The notes beneath the pieces were generated by a model. The model did no database searches. It was not told the DNA's origin and saw only the letters and a program-made list of their open reading frames with translations. From assembly GCA_009780985.1 (NCBI GenBank), contig WQYZ01000001.1, positions 4,030 through 68,029 on the forward strand: a DNA stretch of 64,000 nucleotides, read 5' to 3'. The DNA comes from Oscillospiraceae bacterium (GTDB lineage: Bacteria > Bacillota > Clostridia > Oscillospirales > WRJC01). Position 1 is the stretch's first letter. Each line of letters opens with the position of its first letter. Of the stretch, positions 35,673 through 45,397 are shown piece by piece. A program made the position numbers and the translations under genes.

Positions 35673-37184
35673 TTATCCCACTCTTTCGACTGTATAGCCT
35701 TCGTCGATTAAAATTTTTACAACGCCGTAATCGCCTATAATATGCGCCGCTCCGACTGCTATGAAATAATCCCCGCCGGAATCTGCGTCGGATAAAAACG
35801 ACTCTATTTTTTCAGCCATTGCCTTGTTCCTGTCGATAATAAATTTATTGTTATATTCCGTAATAATCGGGTTGTCTGATTCAAGCGAATTTAATCCTAA
35901 ATAATCAACCAGAGTGGTATCGTCGCCTTTTTTTATCATATCCAGCATCTGCAAAAATTGTTGGTGTACGATACTCGCCTGGTCTTCCGCCGAAACCGCC
36001 GCAGACGACGAATCAGACGAGTTTGCGGCGGCATCGGCATCGGTGCTGTTCGTCTGCGGCGACACAAGCGAGTTGAGCAGATATTCTTGCAACTCGGGGG
36101 AGAAAGAATCTAACAGATCGACTTGAAATTTCAAACTCTCAAGTGAAATTATATTTTTATTTCCGTCTGCGGCAGCCTCATTCAAAAAGTGCATATCAAT
36201 GCCCAGAAGCGCGTCTTTTTGAGCAGCCGCCATTGCGTCCGACCCCGTATCTGAACTTGAACCTGATGCTGTCATCATATCGCTGAGCAGCAAATACGCC
36301 ATCCACGGCTGCAGATAATCATACGTCGTTTCAGGCAGCCCCAGTTTCTGGCATGCATCCGCATATAATTTATAAGTGTCCGCAGAAATCAAATCTTCTA
36401 TCGTTGTCCCGTCTTTTATAAATCCTTTATCCATCATATATTGCTGATCTTCCTGGCTGACAGCAGAAATATCCGCTTCAACGCCGAGATTTTTCGAACT
36501 GGCAAATGCGTCTTCGATTGCTTTGCTCAATGGATAAAGAGAACTGTCCCCGAAGTGTATTGTCCCGAATAAATATACTGTATTTACATCGTTATCGCCC
36601 GTGCCCGTAACTTTCCAGCAAAAACCTTTTGAATCAAGACCCAATGCATATGACAGATTTTCATAAACTCTTTTCGCAAACACAATCATTTCCTGAACCG
36701 TACAGGTCTGATCAAGCTGATAATCTCCGTCTGCCCTTCCGTTTATAAGCCCGTTCTGCACAAAATAGTCGCACGCTGAAACTGTGTCCATATTGTCGAG
36801 TTTAAGCGCCGCGCCGATAATCTTATATAATTCGTCTATAACTTCGCCCCTTGTGACCGCGTCCGGATCTTTGTACTCCGTCTTTTCGTCTGTGCCGAAT
36901 TTGCTGTTCAGACTGTCGATAACAGCCTGAAATTTTGGCTCGGAAAGAACGCCTCTGAAATTTGAATAAGTCCCTTCGTTTCCCAAACCGTATACATCCT
37001 GCGCCATACTGACATCCCAGTAAGCCCATGAACTGTATATATCGGTTGTCGCTGCTCCGGGAGGGGGCGCGTCAGACGCGGATACAACAACATATGCCGA
37101 GCTTGTTATTAACATTACCGCTACGATAAGTAAACTCAAAATTTTTTTAATTTTAACATTCTTCATATTTTTCTCCTTTTTCAC
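35673..37184 (-). CDS. secreted TraB/GumN family protein
   Basis: Signal peptide. GTIHFGD and AVGAAHIIG motifs of the TraB/GumN family. The N-terminal region has repeat-like wall-association sequence. Confidence 0.65.
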   Translation of the reverse strand: MKKEKNMKNVKIKKILSLLIVAVMLITSSAYVVVSASDAPPPGAATTDIYSSWAYWDVSMAQDVYGLGNEGTYSNFRGVLSEPKFQAVIDSLNSKFGTDEKTEYKDPDAVTRGEVIDELYKIIGAALKLDNMDTVSACDYFVQNGLINGRADGDYQLDQTCTVQEMIVFAKRVYENLSYALGLDSKGFCWKVTGTGDNDVNTVYLFGTIHFGDSSLYPLSKAIEDAFASSKNLGVEADISAVSQEDQQYMMDKGFIKDGTTIEDLISADTYKLYADACQKLGLPETTYDYLQPWMAYLLLSDMMTASGSSSDTGSDAMAAAQKDALLGIDMHFLNEAAADGNKNIISLESLKFQVDLLDSFSPELQEYLLNSLVSPQTNSTDADAAANSSDSSSAAVSAEDQASIVHQQFLQMLDMIKKGDDTTLVDYLGLNSLESDNPIITEYNNKFIIDRNKAMAEKIESFLSDADSGGDYFIAVGAAHIIGDYGVVKILIDEGYTVERVG

Positions 37185-37337
37185 TTAAAATAAATTTTAT
37201 ATTAACTTTTATTGCTCTTATTATTTTGCCTGGTATTTGCCCGTTTATGTAGGCAACCTCTGCTTGTTCCCATAAATTCACCCACAGGCGAATATGCCGA
37301 ACATGTTCGGCGGAACTGCGTGAAGCTGCCTATGGCG

Positions 37338-38606
37338 TTAGCCTTTCATCAGCGGCAGTTTGACGCAGAATTCAGAGCCTTTTTCAAGTTCGCTCTCCAC
37401 TGAAATCGTCCCGCCGTGTTCGTCCGCAATCACTTTGGCAATGCTTAACCCGAGCCCCAGACCTCCTGTAGCCGCAGTTTTCGCACGGGATTTGTCGATC
37501 CTGAAAAATCTCTCGAAGATTTTTTCCTTCATATCCGCGGGGATTCCAACCCCAGTGTCTTTTATATACATATATGCAAAATTGTCGTCTTTTTCAAGCC
37601 TTACCGAAATCCCGCCCTCTTTTGTATATTTCATCGCGTTGTCCAATAATATTGTGATAAGCTGCTTCATGCTGAATTCGTTCGCGTATACATGCACGCC
37701 TTCAGTTATCTCCGCTTTCCCGTCCGTAAGTTTGTTTTCTTCCAAAAGAAGTTTAAACGAATCATACGTATCTGCCGCAAGTCTGCTTAAATCAATATCT
37801 TCTTTGGGGACTTCGTTTTTTGCGTCCGCATGGGATAGCAGAAGCAAATCTTCCGTCATTTTGCCCATCCGTTTGGACTCGTCGTATATATATTTCAGCC
37901 ATTTCATATTCTCTTCGATAGTCATTTCGGGAGAATCCATAATCATTTCCGCATTTGACCTGATAACCGCAATAGGCGTCCGCAGTTCGTGAGAGGCGTC
38001 TGCGACAAATTTTTTCTGTTTCTCCATAGATTCTCTTATAGGCTTTATAGCCTTTCCGGCTAAGAACATACTTATTAAAAATACGCACGCTACCGCTCCG
38101 ACTAAAAGAAACACTGCCGTATACATATATCTCGACATTGTGCTTTCCCTGTCGGCTCTGTCTATAAACGCGTATATTTTCCCGTCAAGCCTGTCTTCGA
38201 CGAGAAACGAGAGTTTCAGATCAAATAAATCCACATCGCCCGTGCTTTTATCCAAATCGTCTACTTTTTGTAAGAGAAGCATTAAATTGTCTTTGTTTTG
38301 AATAATATTATCTGATACGGCGGTAATTGCGCCCATGACATCCACTTTTACATAAAACAGACTTGCTAAAAGCTCCTCGTTTGAATCTAAAATCGTATAT
38401 GATTTGTCGTCGTTGTTTTTAATATAGCCCGGCACTTGTGTATTTTCGCTATCGCTTAAAGCTACGCCTCTGTTTAACAGACTTTCTTCCTGCTTTAACA
38501 GCTGTGATTTAATGGAAAAATACATGGATATAAATATAACGAGAAGAACCACAGTCAGCGATATAACATTTATCAGCACTAATTGTAATCTCAGCTTTTG
38601 CAACAT
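37338..38606 (-). CDS. sensor histidine kinase
   Basis: Two TM segments, H-box ASHELRTPI, N box DNAMKYT, and G boxes DTGVGI and GGLGLGLSI. Confidence 0.9.
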   Translation of the reverse strand: MLQKLRLQLVLINVISLTVVLLVIFISMYFSIKSQLLKQEESLLNRGVALSDSENTQVPGYIKNNDDKSYTILDSNEELLASLFYVKVDVMGAITAVSDNIIQNKDNLMLLLQKVDDLDKSTGDVDLFDLKLSFLVEDRLDGKIYAFIDRADRESTMSRYMYTAVFLLVGAVACVFLISMFLAGKAIKPIRESMEKQKKFVADASHELRTPIAVIRSNAEMIMDSPEMTIEENMKWLKYIYDESKRMGKMTEDLLLLSHADAKNEVPKEDIDLSRLAADTYDSFKLLLEENKLTDGKAEITEGVHVYANEFSMKQLITILLDNAMKYTKEGGISVRLEKDDNFAYMYIKDTGVGIPADMKEKIFERFFRIDKSRAKTAATGGLGLGLSIAKVIADEHGGTISVESELEKGSEFCVKLPLMKG

Positions 38607-38640
38607 TTTTCACCTTTAAACTTTCGGTTTGCTGTTCAAA

Positions 38641-39324
38641 TTATAAAATCTTTATTTTATAACCTACGCTCCTTTGCGTAACTATTGAGAAACCGCACAA
38701 ATCCGCTTTTATCTTTTTACGCATATACGAAACAAACACTTCCACAATGTTTACGTCCCCGTCGTTTTCCGGACCCCACAGCTTTTGAAGCATATCTGTT
38801 TTTGTGACTGCGAGGTTGTTATTTTTTGCGAGCATTTCCAGAATTCCCGTCTCTTTCAAAGTCAGATTCACAGAATCGCCGTAACCCGGACCGAATTTGA
38901 GTTCGCCTTTGCGCGGCAGGAATTTGGACCTGCCTATAACAATTTCCTCGTTTTCCACAACTTCGGAGTTTCTCCTCGCAAGAGCCCTCACTCTTGCCAA
39001 AAGCTCCTCGTTTGAAAACGGTTTTATCAGATAGTCGTCCGCGCCCGCGTCGAGGCCTTCGATTTTATCTGCGATAGTATGTTTTGCCGTCAGGAATAAA
39101 ACAGGGGTTTTCAGGTTGTTTTTTCTTATTTTTTTAAGCACGTCTATTCCGTCCTGTTCGGGCAGCATTCTGTCAAGAATAATAAGGTCGTATACTCCGG
39201 TCATCGCTTTTTGTTCGCCCTCTTTGCCGTCGTATGCGGCGTCGGCTTCGTACTTGTTTCTCTTGAAAAGATGTATCAAAGTTTCCGATAGATTTACTTC
39301 ATCCTCGACAAGCAGTAATCTCAT
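38641..39324 (-). CDS. OmpR/PhoB-type response regulator
   Basis: Receiver domain (LLVEDE, ILDRMLP, LTAK) plus a winged-helix C-terminus (VSYMRKK...GYKI). Confidence 0.9.
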   Translation of the reverse strand: MRLLLVEDEVNLSETLIHLFKRNKYEADAAYDGKEGEQKAMTGVYDLIILDRMLPEQDGIDVLKKIRKNNLKTPVLFLTAKHTIADKIEGLDAGADDYLIKPFSNEELLARVRALARRNSEVVENEEIVIGRSKFLPRKGELKFGPGYGDSVNLTLKETGILEMLAKNNNLAVTKTDMLQKLWGPENDGDVNIVEVFVSYMRKKIKADLCGFSIVTQRSVGYKIKIL

Positions 39325-39615
39325 TTCTTTTTCTCCTCCAAAATTTCGTTAAATTCTTTTATTTTTATTCTTTTATATAAATTTATTTATTGCCTTTTTT
39401 ATGACTTCAATAGCGGCTGGCATTTTTGATTCGTCGAATATGCCGTGCAAAAGCATATCGCCTTTGTAAATTTTTAATTTTCGCAAACAGCTTGTCGGCA
39501 TTTGCCGACTTCAAACCGCCGGAACATATTCCTACTCTCATGACATATGAAATCCTTTTTTATAACGAAAATTAGTATTATTTAGTAAAGTTTATTTATT
39601 TTGTTCAGTGCCAAC

Positions 39616-40416
39616 CTAAAATTCATATTTGCTTCCGCCATGACTTGCTACGACTTGACCGGTTATCCATTTTGCATAAGAGCTATGCAAGAAAAGCGCC
39701 AAATCAGCGGCATCATCCGGCGTTCCCCAATGTCCTGACGAAAACGATTTTGCCACGGTTTCATATACTTCTCCGAAACAATAACCTGTGTCGTTCGGTC
39801 CCGGGTCTATGCAATTTACCCGTATATTTTTATCCCCAAGTAATTGCGCCGTTCCGCGGGTTAAGCAAATAACAGCGTCTTTTGATACGCTGTAAGCCAT
39901 TAAACTTGTATCAATATGTTTGTATTGCCCGCTGCTAAAAGTTGTGATTGCATTATCTTTTGTAATATCAACCAAATTAGCGAAAGATTGTATCATCATC
40001 ATGGCAGCGCGGACATTTACGCTTAGATGAGAATCAATATCTTCCTCTGTCCATTGATCTATTTCCACAGTTGTGCCGTAACAATGGTTCAAAATCAAAC
40101 CGTCAAGTCCGTTTAATTTTTCCGCGGCTTCTTCCACCGCCTTTACAGCAGTTCCGTGTTTTTCAAAATCCGACGGCGTAACTAATGTTACGTTTAATCC
40201 CATATCTTGATATTGCTTTACTAAAATTTCCGTGCCGTTTGGAGTAGCAGAATTATGTTCGCCAGCTGTTAAATCATAAGTTGAATATCCATGAACGGCA
40301 ACCGCCGCCCCCGCTTCCGCAAACCGTTTGGCAAGCGTAGCGCCGATACCCAAAGGGCGACTTACGCCCGTAATTAAAATCTTTTTTCCATCTAACCTTA
40401 TTGAAGAATTGTTCAT
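39616..40416 (-). CDS. SDR family oxidoreductase
   Basis: ITGVSRPLGIGATLAKRF glycine-rich motif and the YSVSK catalytic YxxxK. Confidence 0.85.
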   Translation of the reverse strand: MNNSSIRLDGKKILITGVSRPLGIGATLAKRFAEAGAAVAVHGYSTYDLTAGEHNSATPNGTEILVKQYQDMGLNVTLVTPSDFEKHGTAVKAVEEAAEKLNGLDGLILNHCYGTTVEIDQWTEEDIDSHLSVNVRAAMMMIQSFANLVDITKDNAITTFSSGQYKHIDTSLMAYSVSKDAVICLTRGTAQLLGDKNIRVNCIDPGPNDTGYCFGEVYETVAKSFSSGHWGTPDDAADLALFLHSSYAKWITGQVVASHGGSKYEF

Positions 40417-40449
40417 GCTTACCGCCGTTCAAAATACAAATTTCCTCCG

Positions 40450-41262
40450 CTATTTAATCCTCACTGCCAGTCCTACCGCTATGTTTCCCGACTGCAAATC
40501 AATATCAGGATTGAGTTTAATCAGGTCGTCCGCGCTTATTTCCGCCATTTTTGCCAATCCGTCCAAAGTGTCGCCGAAATATGTATAGATAAACTTTGTT
40601 TGACTTGTAACCACTGTATTGGGATATGAATCTTTCGTGGGAATTTCTTTTTTCAATGCTTCCCTCAAATTCCAATAATCCATATTATATCCCGGACCGT
40701 AATAAATTTTCACCGTCGTGCCGACGCCGCAGTTTACTCTTATCCATTCGGCTTGTCTGGGCCACAATCTGATGCAGCCGTGACTTGCAGGCTGTCCCAT
40801 CAATTTCATATCCGGCAGGCTTATATATTTATAATCCGGTTTTGTGTACGGCACGCTGTGAAAACAAATCGACGGGGTGATTTGCGTCACGCTGTTCACA
40901 TAACAGGAAGCATAACTTCTGAATCTTACCCACTCGCCCGTGCCGTCCGGATCATAGGGCTTGTCTATTGGCCACAGCTTTGTAGTAAACGTGCCTGTCG
41001 GCGTAGGCGTCGAATCCTTTCCGGGGGAGCAGAGAAAAACGTGTTCGGTAGGGACGTATGCCTGCGAATCTGAGTCCCACTCGTCAATAAAAACAAGGTT
41101 TTCCGTCAGATCAACCCTGATTTGGTATTTCGCGTGCACTTTATCAGTCTGCGCGGCTTCCACAGGCTGCATATACGGAAACATAACCAACGTCATAAAT
41201 ATGATAATAACTGCCGAAATAAGTGATTTTACTATTCTACGCATAACCAAATAACCTCCCAT
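40450..41262 (-). CDS. L,D-transpeptidase (YkuD) with C-terminal LysM domain
   Basis: SHGCIRLW catalytic motif and a LysM-like YTYFGDTLDGLAKMAEISADDLIKLNPDI. N-terminal anchor. An alternative start is Met7. Confidence 0.85.
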   Translation of the reverse strand: MGGYLVMRRIVKSLISAVIIIFMTLVMFPYMQPVEAAQTDKVHAKYQIRVDLTENLVFIDEWDSDSQAYVPTEHVFLCSPGKDSTPTPTGTFTTKLWPIDKPYDPDGTGEWVRFRSYASCYVNSVTQITPSICFHSVPYTKPDYKYISLPDMKLMGQPASHGCIRLWPRQAEWIRVNCGVGTTVKIYYGPGYNMDYWNLREALKKEIPTKDSYPNTVVTSQTKFIYTYFGDTLDGLAKMAEISADDLIKLNPDIDLQSGNIAVGLAVRIK

Positions 41263-41294
41263 TTGATATAATTAATTTAATTTCAGCTAATCAT

Positions 41295-43346
41295 TTACCC
41301 CAGATTTGATATTCTCCCGACTGCCGTAGCGTTTACTGCGGTATTGAGCAAAAATCCGGAATTGCCACGCAGTTTCGCGTTGTTTTCCACAACTTTTGAC
41401 TTGACTGTTATATTTCCGACTGCTCCGCGCCGTATCGCTTCTTCATACGCATATTTTTCAGCTTCGGCTGTCGCAAACTCTATGGCTTTGGCATAATCCG
41501 TCCCGTGCAGATTTCCGGACTTGCCGAAAACTATATATTCTTCAAGACCGCCGGAACCGTAAACCGGTTTGACTTCTATATCACATGAAACCGTTATGTT
41601 CCCCATGACCGCGCCTACGGCGTTCGCAACGCCCGCATTTCCTGGGATAACGCACTTTACTCCGAGGCGTTTTGCAACGTCCGGCAGAAATATATGAATC
41701 GGAGCGCCTACTCCGACAATTGATAACGGCGTGCTTATATTTACCGAAAAATCCGGAATATCGTTTTCCCAGCTGTGCTTAAACAGATTATATAAATCGC
41801 GCGTAAGGGGATAGTTATGTATATTGTCAACCCTGTATACGTTTGTATAATCTTCGGGTTTATTATGCTCCCACAGTATGCGCAGTATATTAATATACAG
41901 TTTTTGTTTAATCTCATCGTATATTTTATCGCAAAATTCAGCTTCTGTCAAATCAACGCATCTCGACATATATTTCACAGTCAGTTTCGCGGCTTCGGGA
42001 CCATACGCATTATAATCGCCTTTTATGCACATTATATCAGTCGGGGTAAGCCCGCACCTGATTATAATTCCCTCTCGCTCTAAGCGTGCAAAATTTAATT
42101 TATATACGTCGCTGTCCATTTTTTCCGCCGCTTCGCTGTATATAAGCGGCGATTTTTTTAGCAGGCGGCAGAATCTTCTTTCTTCATCTGTGTAATAATT
42201 ATTAATTTCTTCCGAAATATCTTTTAAAAGATAAAAGAATTCATGCAATAAATACGTGTGTATTTTGTCAGACTCCGCAAGTTCCCGTAATTTTTCCACG
42301 ATTTCAGGATATTCATTGGAGATTATTGAAATCGGAACCACTCTTGTTGAATCAAGATATAAAACGTGATTTTTGTCGTATCTTACTGCGCTGTCTCCTC
42401 CGAGTCCGAATGTATCGATATATATGCCTTTTACAAACGTTCTCCATTTGCCGATATTTATCCCGTCATTTGATTTTAACGGCGTTCCGTCTTTGACTAT
42501 CGCGATATCCGTGGTTGTGCCTCCCATATCTACGACGAGGCAGTTTTCCTCGCCGCTCAGGGCAATACCGCCCATAACGCTCGCGCACGGTCCGCATAAA
42601 AGAGTTTCGACCGGACGCACAGCCGTGAAGTTCTCAGACATCAGACTGCCGTCGCTGCGCACTAAAACAACCGGCGCGTTTATGTTATATTTATTCAAAG
42701 ACTGTTTTATCGCGTCGATGAAATCGCATATGATAGGAATTAACCGTGCGTTCAGGAGAGCTGATGAGCCTCTTTTTACAGAATTTAAATCGTCGAACAG
42801 TTCGCTCCCGCATATAACCTGCTTGTCAAATTTATCGGAATTTAATATTATATCTTTTGCTTTTTTTTCAAATACTGCTCCGTTATTCATCGCATGGATA
42901 TCGACTATTCCTACAGAATCCGCGTCTGAGAGGAAATCAAATATTTCTTTTGAAAATTTATCCCAGTCGGGATATGTGATTATATCCCCATTGTGTTTGC
43001 CGTTATAATCCAGAAAGTATATCTCGTCGGCGTCCGGCAGTCCGTAATTTGACCCTACGTCGCATACTACGTTTTTATCCACGCCGATAAAAATCAGTTT
43101 GGCGCGTCCGCCTTTGTTTTCAACGCAGGCATTAGTCGCAAGAGTAGTCGAGAGCGAAACTATTTCTATCTTATTTAAATCCGTGTTATCCTGCTCTGCA
43201 ATTTTGCCGAGAGAGTTTGATATTCCGACAGACAAATTTTCATGAGTTGTAAGGGATTTTGCCGAACATAAAATTTTCTTTGAATCAAAGTCGTATATAA
43301 CAGCGTCTGTATAGGTTCCTCCGGTATCGATTCCTAATCCGTACAT
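41295..43346 (-). CDS. hydantoinase/oxoprolinase family protein
   Basis: MYGLGIDTGGTYTDAVIYD N-terminus and the DMGGTTTDIA second phosphate motif. 683 aa. Confidence 0.7.
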   Translation of the reverse strand: MYGLGIDTGGTYTDAVIYDFDSKKILCSAKSLTTHENLSVGISNSLGKIAEQDNTDLNKIEIVSLSTTLATNACVENKGGRAKLIFIGVDKNVVCDVGSNYGLPDADEIYFLDYNGKHNGDIITYPDWDKFSKEIFDFLSDADSVGIVDIHAMNNGAVFEKKAKDIILNSDKFDKQVICGSELFDDLNSVKRGSSALLNARLIPIICDFIDAIKQSLNKYNINAPVVLVRSDGSLMSENFTAVRPVETLLCGPCASVMGGIALSGEENCLVVDMGGTTTDIAIVKDGTPLKSNDGINIGKWRTFVKGIYIDTFGLGGDSAVRYDKNHVLYLDSTRVVPISIISNEYPEIVEKLRELAESDKIHTYLLHEFFYLLKDISEEINNYYTDEERRFCRLLKKSPLIYSEAAEKMDSDVYKLNFARLEREGIIIRCGLTPTDIMCIKGDYNAYGPEAAKLTVKYMSRCVDLTEAEFCDKIYDEIKQKLYINILRILWEHNKPEDYTNVYRVDNIHNYPLTRDLYNLFKHSWENDIPDFSVNISTPLSIVGVGAPIHIFLPDVAKRLGVKCVIPGNAGVANAVGAVMGNITVSCDIEVKPVYGSGGLEEYIVFGKSGNLHGTDYAKAIEFATAEAEKYAYEEAIRRGAVGNITVKSKVVENNAKLRGNSGFLLNTAVNATAVGRISNLG

Positions 43347-43521
43347 TTTTATATTATTCCTTAAATAAAATTTAAAAGCTTTATAAATTTAATAAATTTA
43401 TAAACAAGCATAGATAGTTTACCATTTTACGCGAATTTTGTCAATTACTTACGTTAAATATTAACAAATATTTTTCAGAAAACATTAACAATATTTTATT
43501 AAGATGATTTTCGCTGTATTT

Positions 43522-44787
43522 CTATTTTATTGAATTCACGACCGCCGCCGTTTCATACAGCATAACGCCGCTCAGTTGCACAGTCAAATCAACGCTTGTT
43601 TTGTCTTTAGGAGCTTTGCTCCATAACCTGCCGTATAATCCGCCGCTGTTTGTGCCCTGTGAGCGCAGTATATCGACGTTATTATTGAGCGTATCTTTTA
43701 TTAAAATAAAATCGGGTTTGACTTCATACAATTCAGCCAGATAACGTATAAGTATGCCTTTGAACAGCCCGCCGTCTCCCGCGCCTTCGTCTGCAAAACA
43801 GCCGTTTTTGACGAATTTGTCAAGCGCAAATCCGGCTGTTTTAACCGCTTTGTCAAGATAAGACCGGTCCTGTGTGATTTTATACAGTTCCACAGCCGCG
43901 CCGATATATACTCCATGACAGTATGTAAAACACCAGTCTTTGTCGATTTTACCGTCGCCCTGACGGTTTATACCATCCCACACCTGACCGGTTTGCCGAT
44001 CTATAAGATTCTCGTCCTCAAAGGCGAATATCTTTTTTGCCCATGTTAAATACACTTCGTTGCCGGTCGTGTTATATAATCTCGCCGCGAGAATAGCCGC
44101 GGGAGCGTTTGCAGGCGTATTCTTGTAGTCGCGCTGTTCTTTCCGCCACGCTATCCCCCCGCCCATTGTGTCGTTCCAGCCTGTCGTAATATCTGCCCAT
44201 AAATCCTCGACGTAACTTATATATTTTCTTTCGCCGGTTATATCGTACAGTCTTAAAAGTGCAAGAGCCATCCATTCCATATCGTCGTAATAGCCGTTGA
44301 TAATTTTTCCGCCGTTCTTTTTAACCACGGTCGTCAGGACTTTATCCGCGTATTCTTTATATTTTTCGTCGCCGGTTCTGATATACGCGTCTGTGAGAAC
44401 GTCGATAGCGTGAGCCATCCACCAGTAGTTTAACCCGCCGGACGTACTATTCGGATATTTATCAAAAAATATATTCCCGTTGTCGTTCCAGTAGTTTTTT
44501 AATAGATTTGCCTGCGCGTCGTCCGCGTACTGATAGTATGCCGACGTTTTATCAAAAGTTATATCTGTTATATTTGCCATAGTAGTAGTTTCCTCCGTTA
44601 TATTTGTTGTGTTTGGCACTCGTTTCACTTCTCCGAGTTCGTTGGTTATATCAGTATAACCGTCATTGTCAGCAAGACCACATGGAGTATGAACATTAAT
44701 AGAAATTAATATTGCAATCAAAATTGCACCGACAATTATAACTGCGCTTATCAGCAATATAGGTGTTTTCCACTTTGAGTTCATCAT
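43522..44787 (-). CDS. membrane-anchored glycoside hydrolase family 76 (alpha-1,6-mannanase-like)
   Basis: GYYDDMEWMALALLRLYDITG and GGIAWRKE motifs. A TM anchor appears when started at ATG 44787 (MMNSKWKTPILLISAVIIV). ATGA overlap with the upstream GNAT stop. Confidence 0.7.
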   Translation of the reverse strand: MMNSKWKTPILLISAVIIVGAILIAILISINVHTPCGLADNDGYTDITNELGEVKRVPNTTNITEETTTMANITDITFDKTSAYYQYADDAQANLLKNYWNDNGNIFFDKYPNSTSGGLNYWWMAHAIDVLTDAYIRTGDEKYKEYADKVLTTVVKKNGGKIINGYYDDMEWMALALLRLYDITGERKYISYVEDLWADITTGWNDTMGGGIAWRKEQRDYKNTPANAPAAILAARLYNTTGNEVYLTWAKKIFAFEDENLIDRQTGQVWDGINRQGDGKIDKDWCFTYCHGVYIGAAVELYKITQDRSYLDKAVKTAGFALDKFVKNGCFADEGAGDGGLFKGILIRYLAELYEVKPDFILIKDTLNNNVDILRSQGTNSGGLYGRLWSKAPKDKTSVDLTVQLSGVMLYETAAVVNSIK

Positions 44788-45281
44788 AAAATCAGCTCCA
44801 TTTTTCTGCTGCGCGTGGACATTCCGCACTTCTCGTAAAATTTCATCGCGCTTTGGTTGAATTCCCAGACGTTCAAATCCATACAATAACAGTCCTGCTC
44901 TGTCGCGTTCTTTCTGCAATGTTCAAACAACAGCGTGCCTATGCCGCTATGTCGGTATTTTTCATCGACGCATATATCGTCGATATAAAACGACTTAAAA
45001 TTATTATATACTTTGTGATTCTCATAATTTATAATTTCGCATATAGCATACCCCACGACGGCACCGTCCCCGTATGACGTATCGACTGCGACGAATAACG
45101 GTTTTTCCGGGCTTTTCATAATTTCATTCAAATAATCCCGGTCAAATTTTATCAAATCATATCTGAACATATCCGGACGACCGTCGCAGTGAAGTTTTCT
45201 TATCTGTTTTAGAAGGTCTATTATTCTGTCGATATCTCCGATAACAGCTGTTCTTACTTTTATATTCTTTATATCAGGCAT
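44784..45281 (-). CDS. GNAT family N-acetyltransferase
   Basis: VDEKYRHSGIGTLLFEH motif A and FYEKCGM. 165 aa. Confidence 0.8.
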   Translation of the reverse strand: MPDIKNIKVRTAVIGDIDRIIDLLKQIRKLHCDGRPDMFRYDLIKFDRDYLNEIMKSPEKPLFVAVDTSYGDGAVVGYAICEIINYENHKVYNNFKSFYIDDICVDEKYRHSGIGTLLFEHCRKNATEQDCYCMDLNVWEFNQSAMKFYEKCGMSTRSRKMELIL

Positions 45282-45397
45282 TGCGCTTTACCCCGCCTAT
45301 CTTTTTTTATTAATATTTTAACATTTTCATGTTAAAAATTCTATGTTATTATTTAAAATAATAATCATAGCTTAAAATAATCCTGAAAGGTAATATT

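Noticed and set aside
37249-37271. GTAGGCAACCTCTGCTTGTTCCC, considered as a decayed half-copy of the REP-like family (compare GTAGGGGCAACCCTTGCGGTTGCCC at 47278).
   Set aside because: It has only one arm, several mismatches and no partner terminus. That is too weak to count as a family member.
37296-37311. Palindrome GCCGAACATGTTCGGC downstream of the histidine kinase gene, considered as a LexA (Cheo) box.
   Set aside because: The Gram-positive SOS box is CGAAC-N4-GTTCG. Here the half-sites are separated by only 2 nt, and no SOS gene is adjacent. It is probably a weak transcript-end hairpin.
39373-39541. Possible frameshifted small gene on the minus strand in the 290-nt gap between the response regulator and the SDR gene (MRVGICSGGLKSANADKLFAKIKNLQ / KGDMLLHGIFDESKMPAAIEVIKKAINKFI).
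   Set aside because: It needs a +1 shift to read through, has a weak RBS, and I can name no family. It could be a gene remnant, but I cannot support it from sequence alone.
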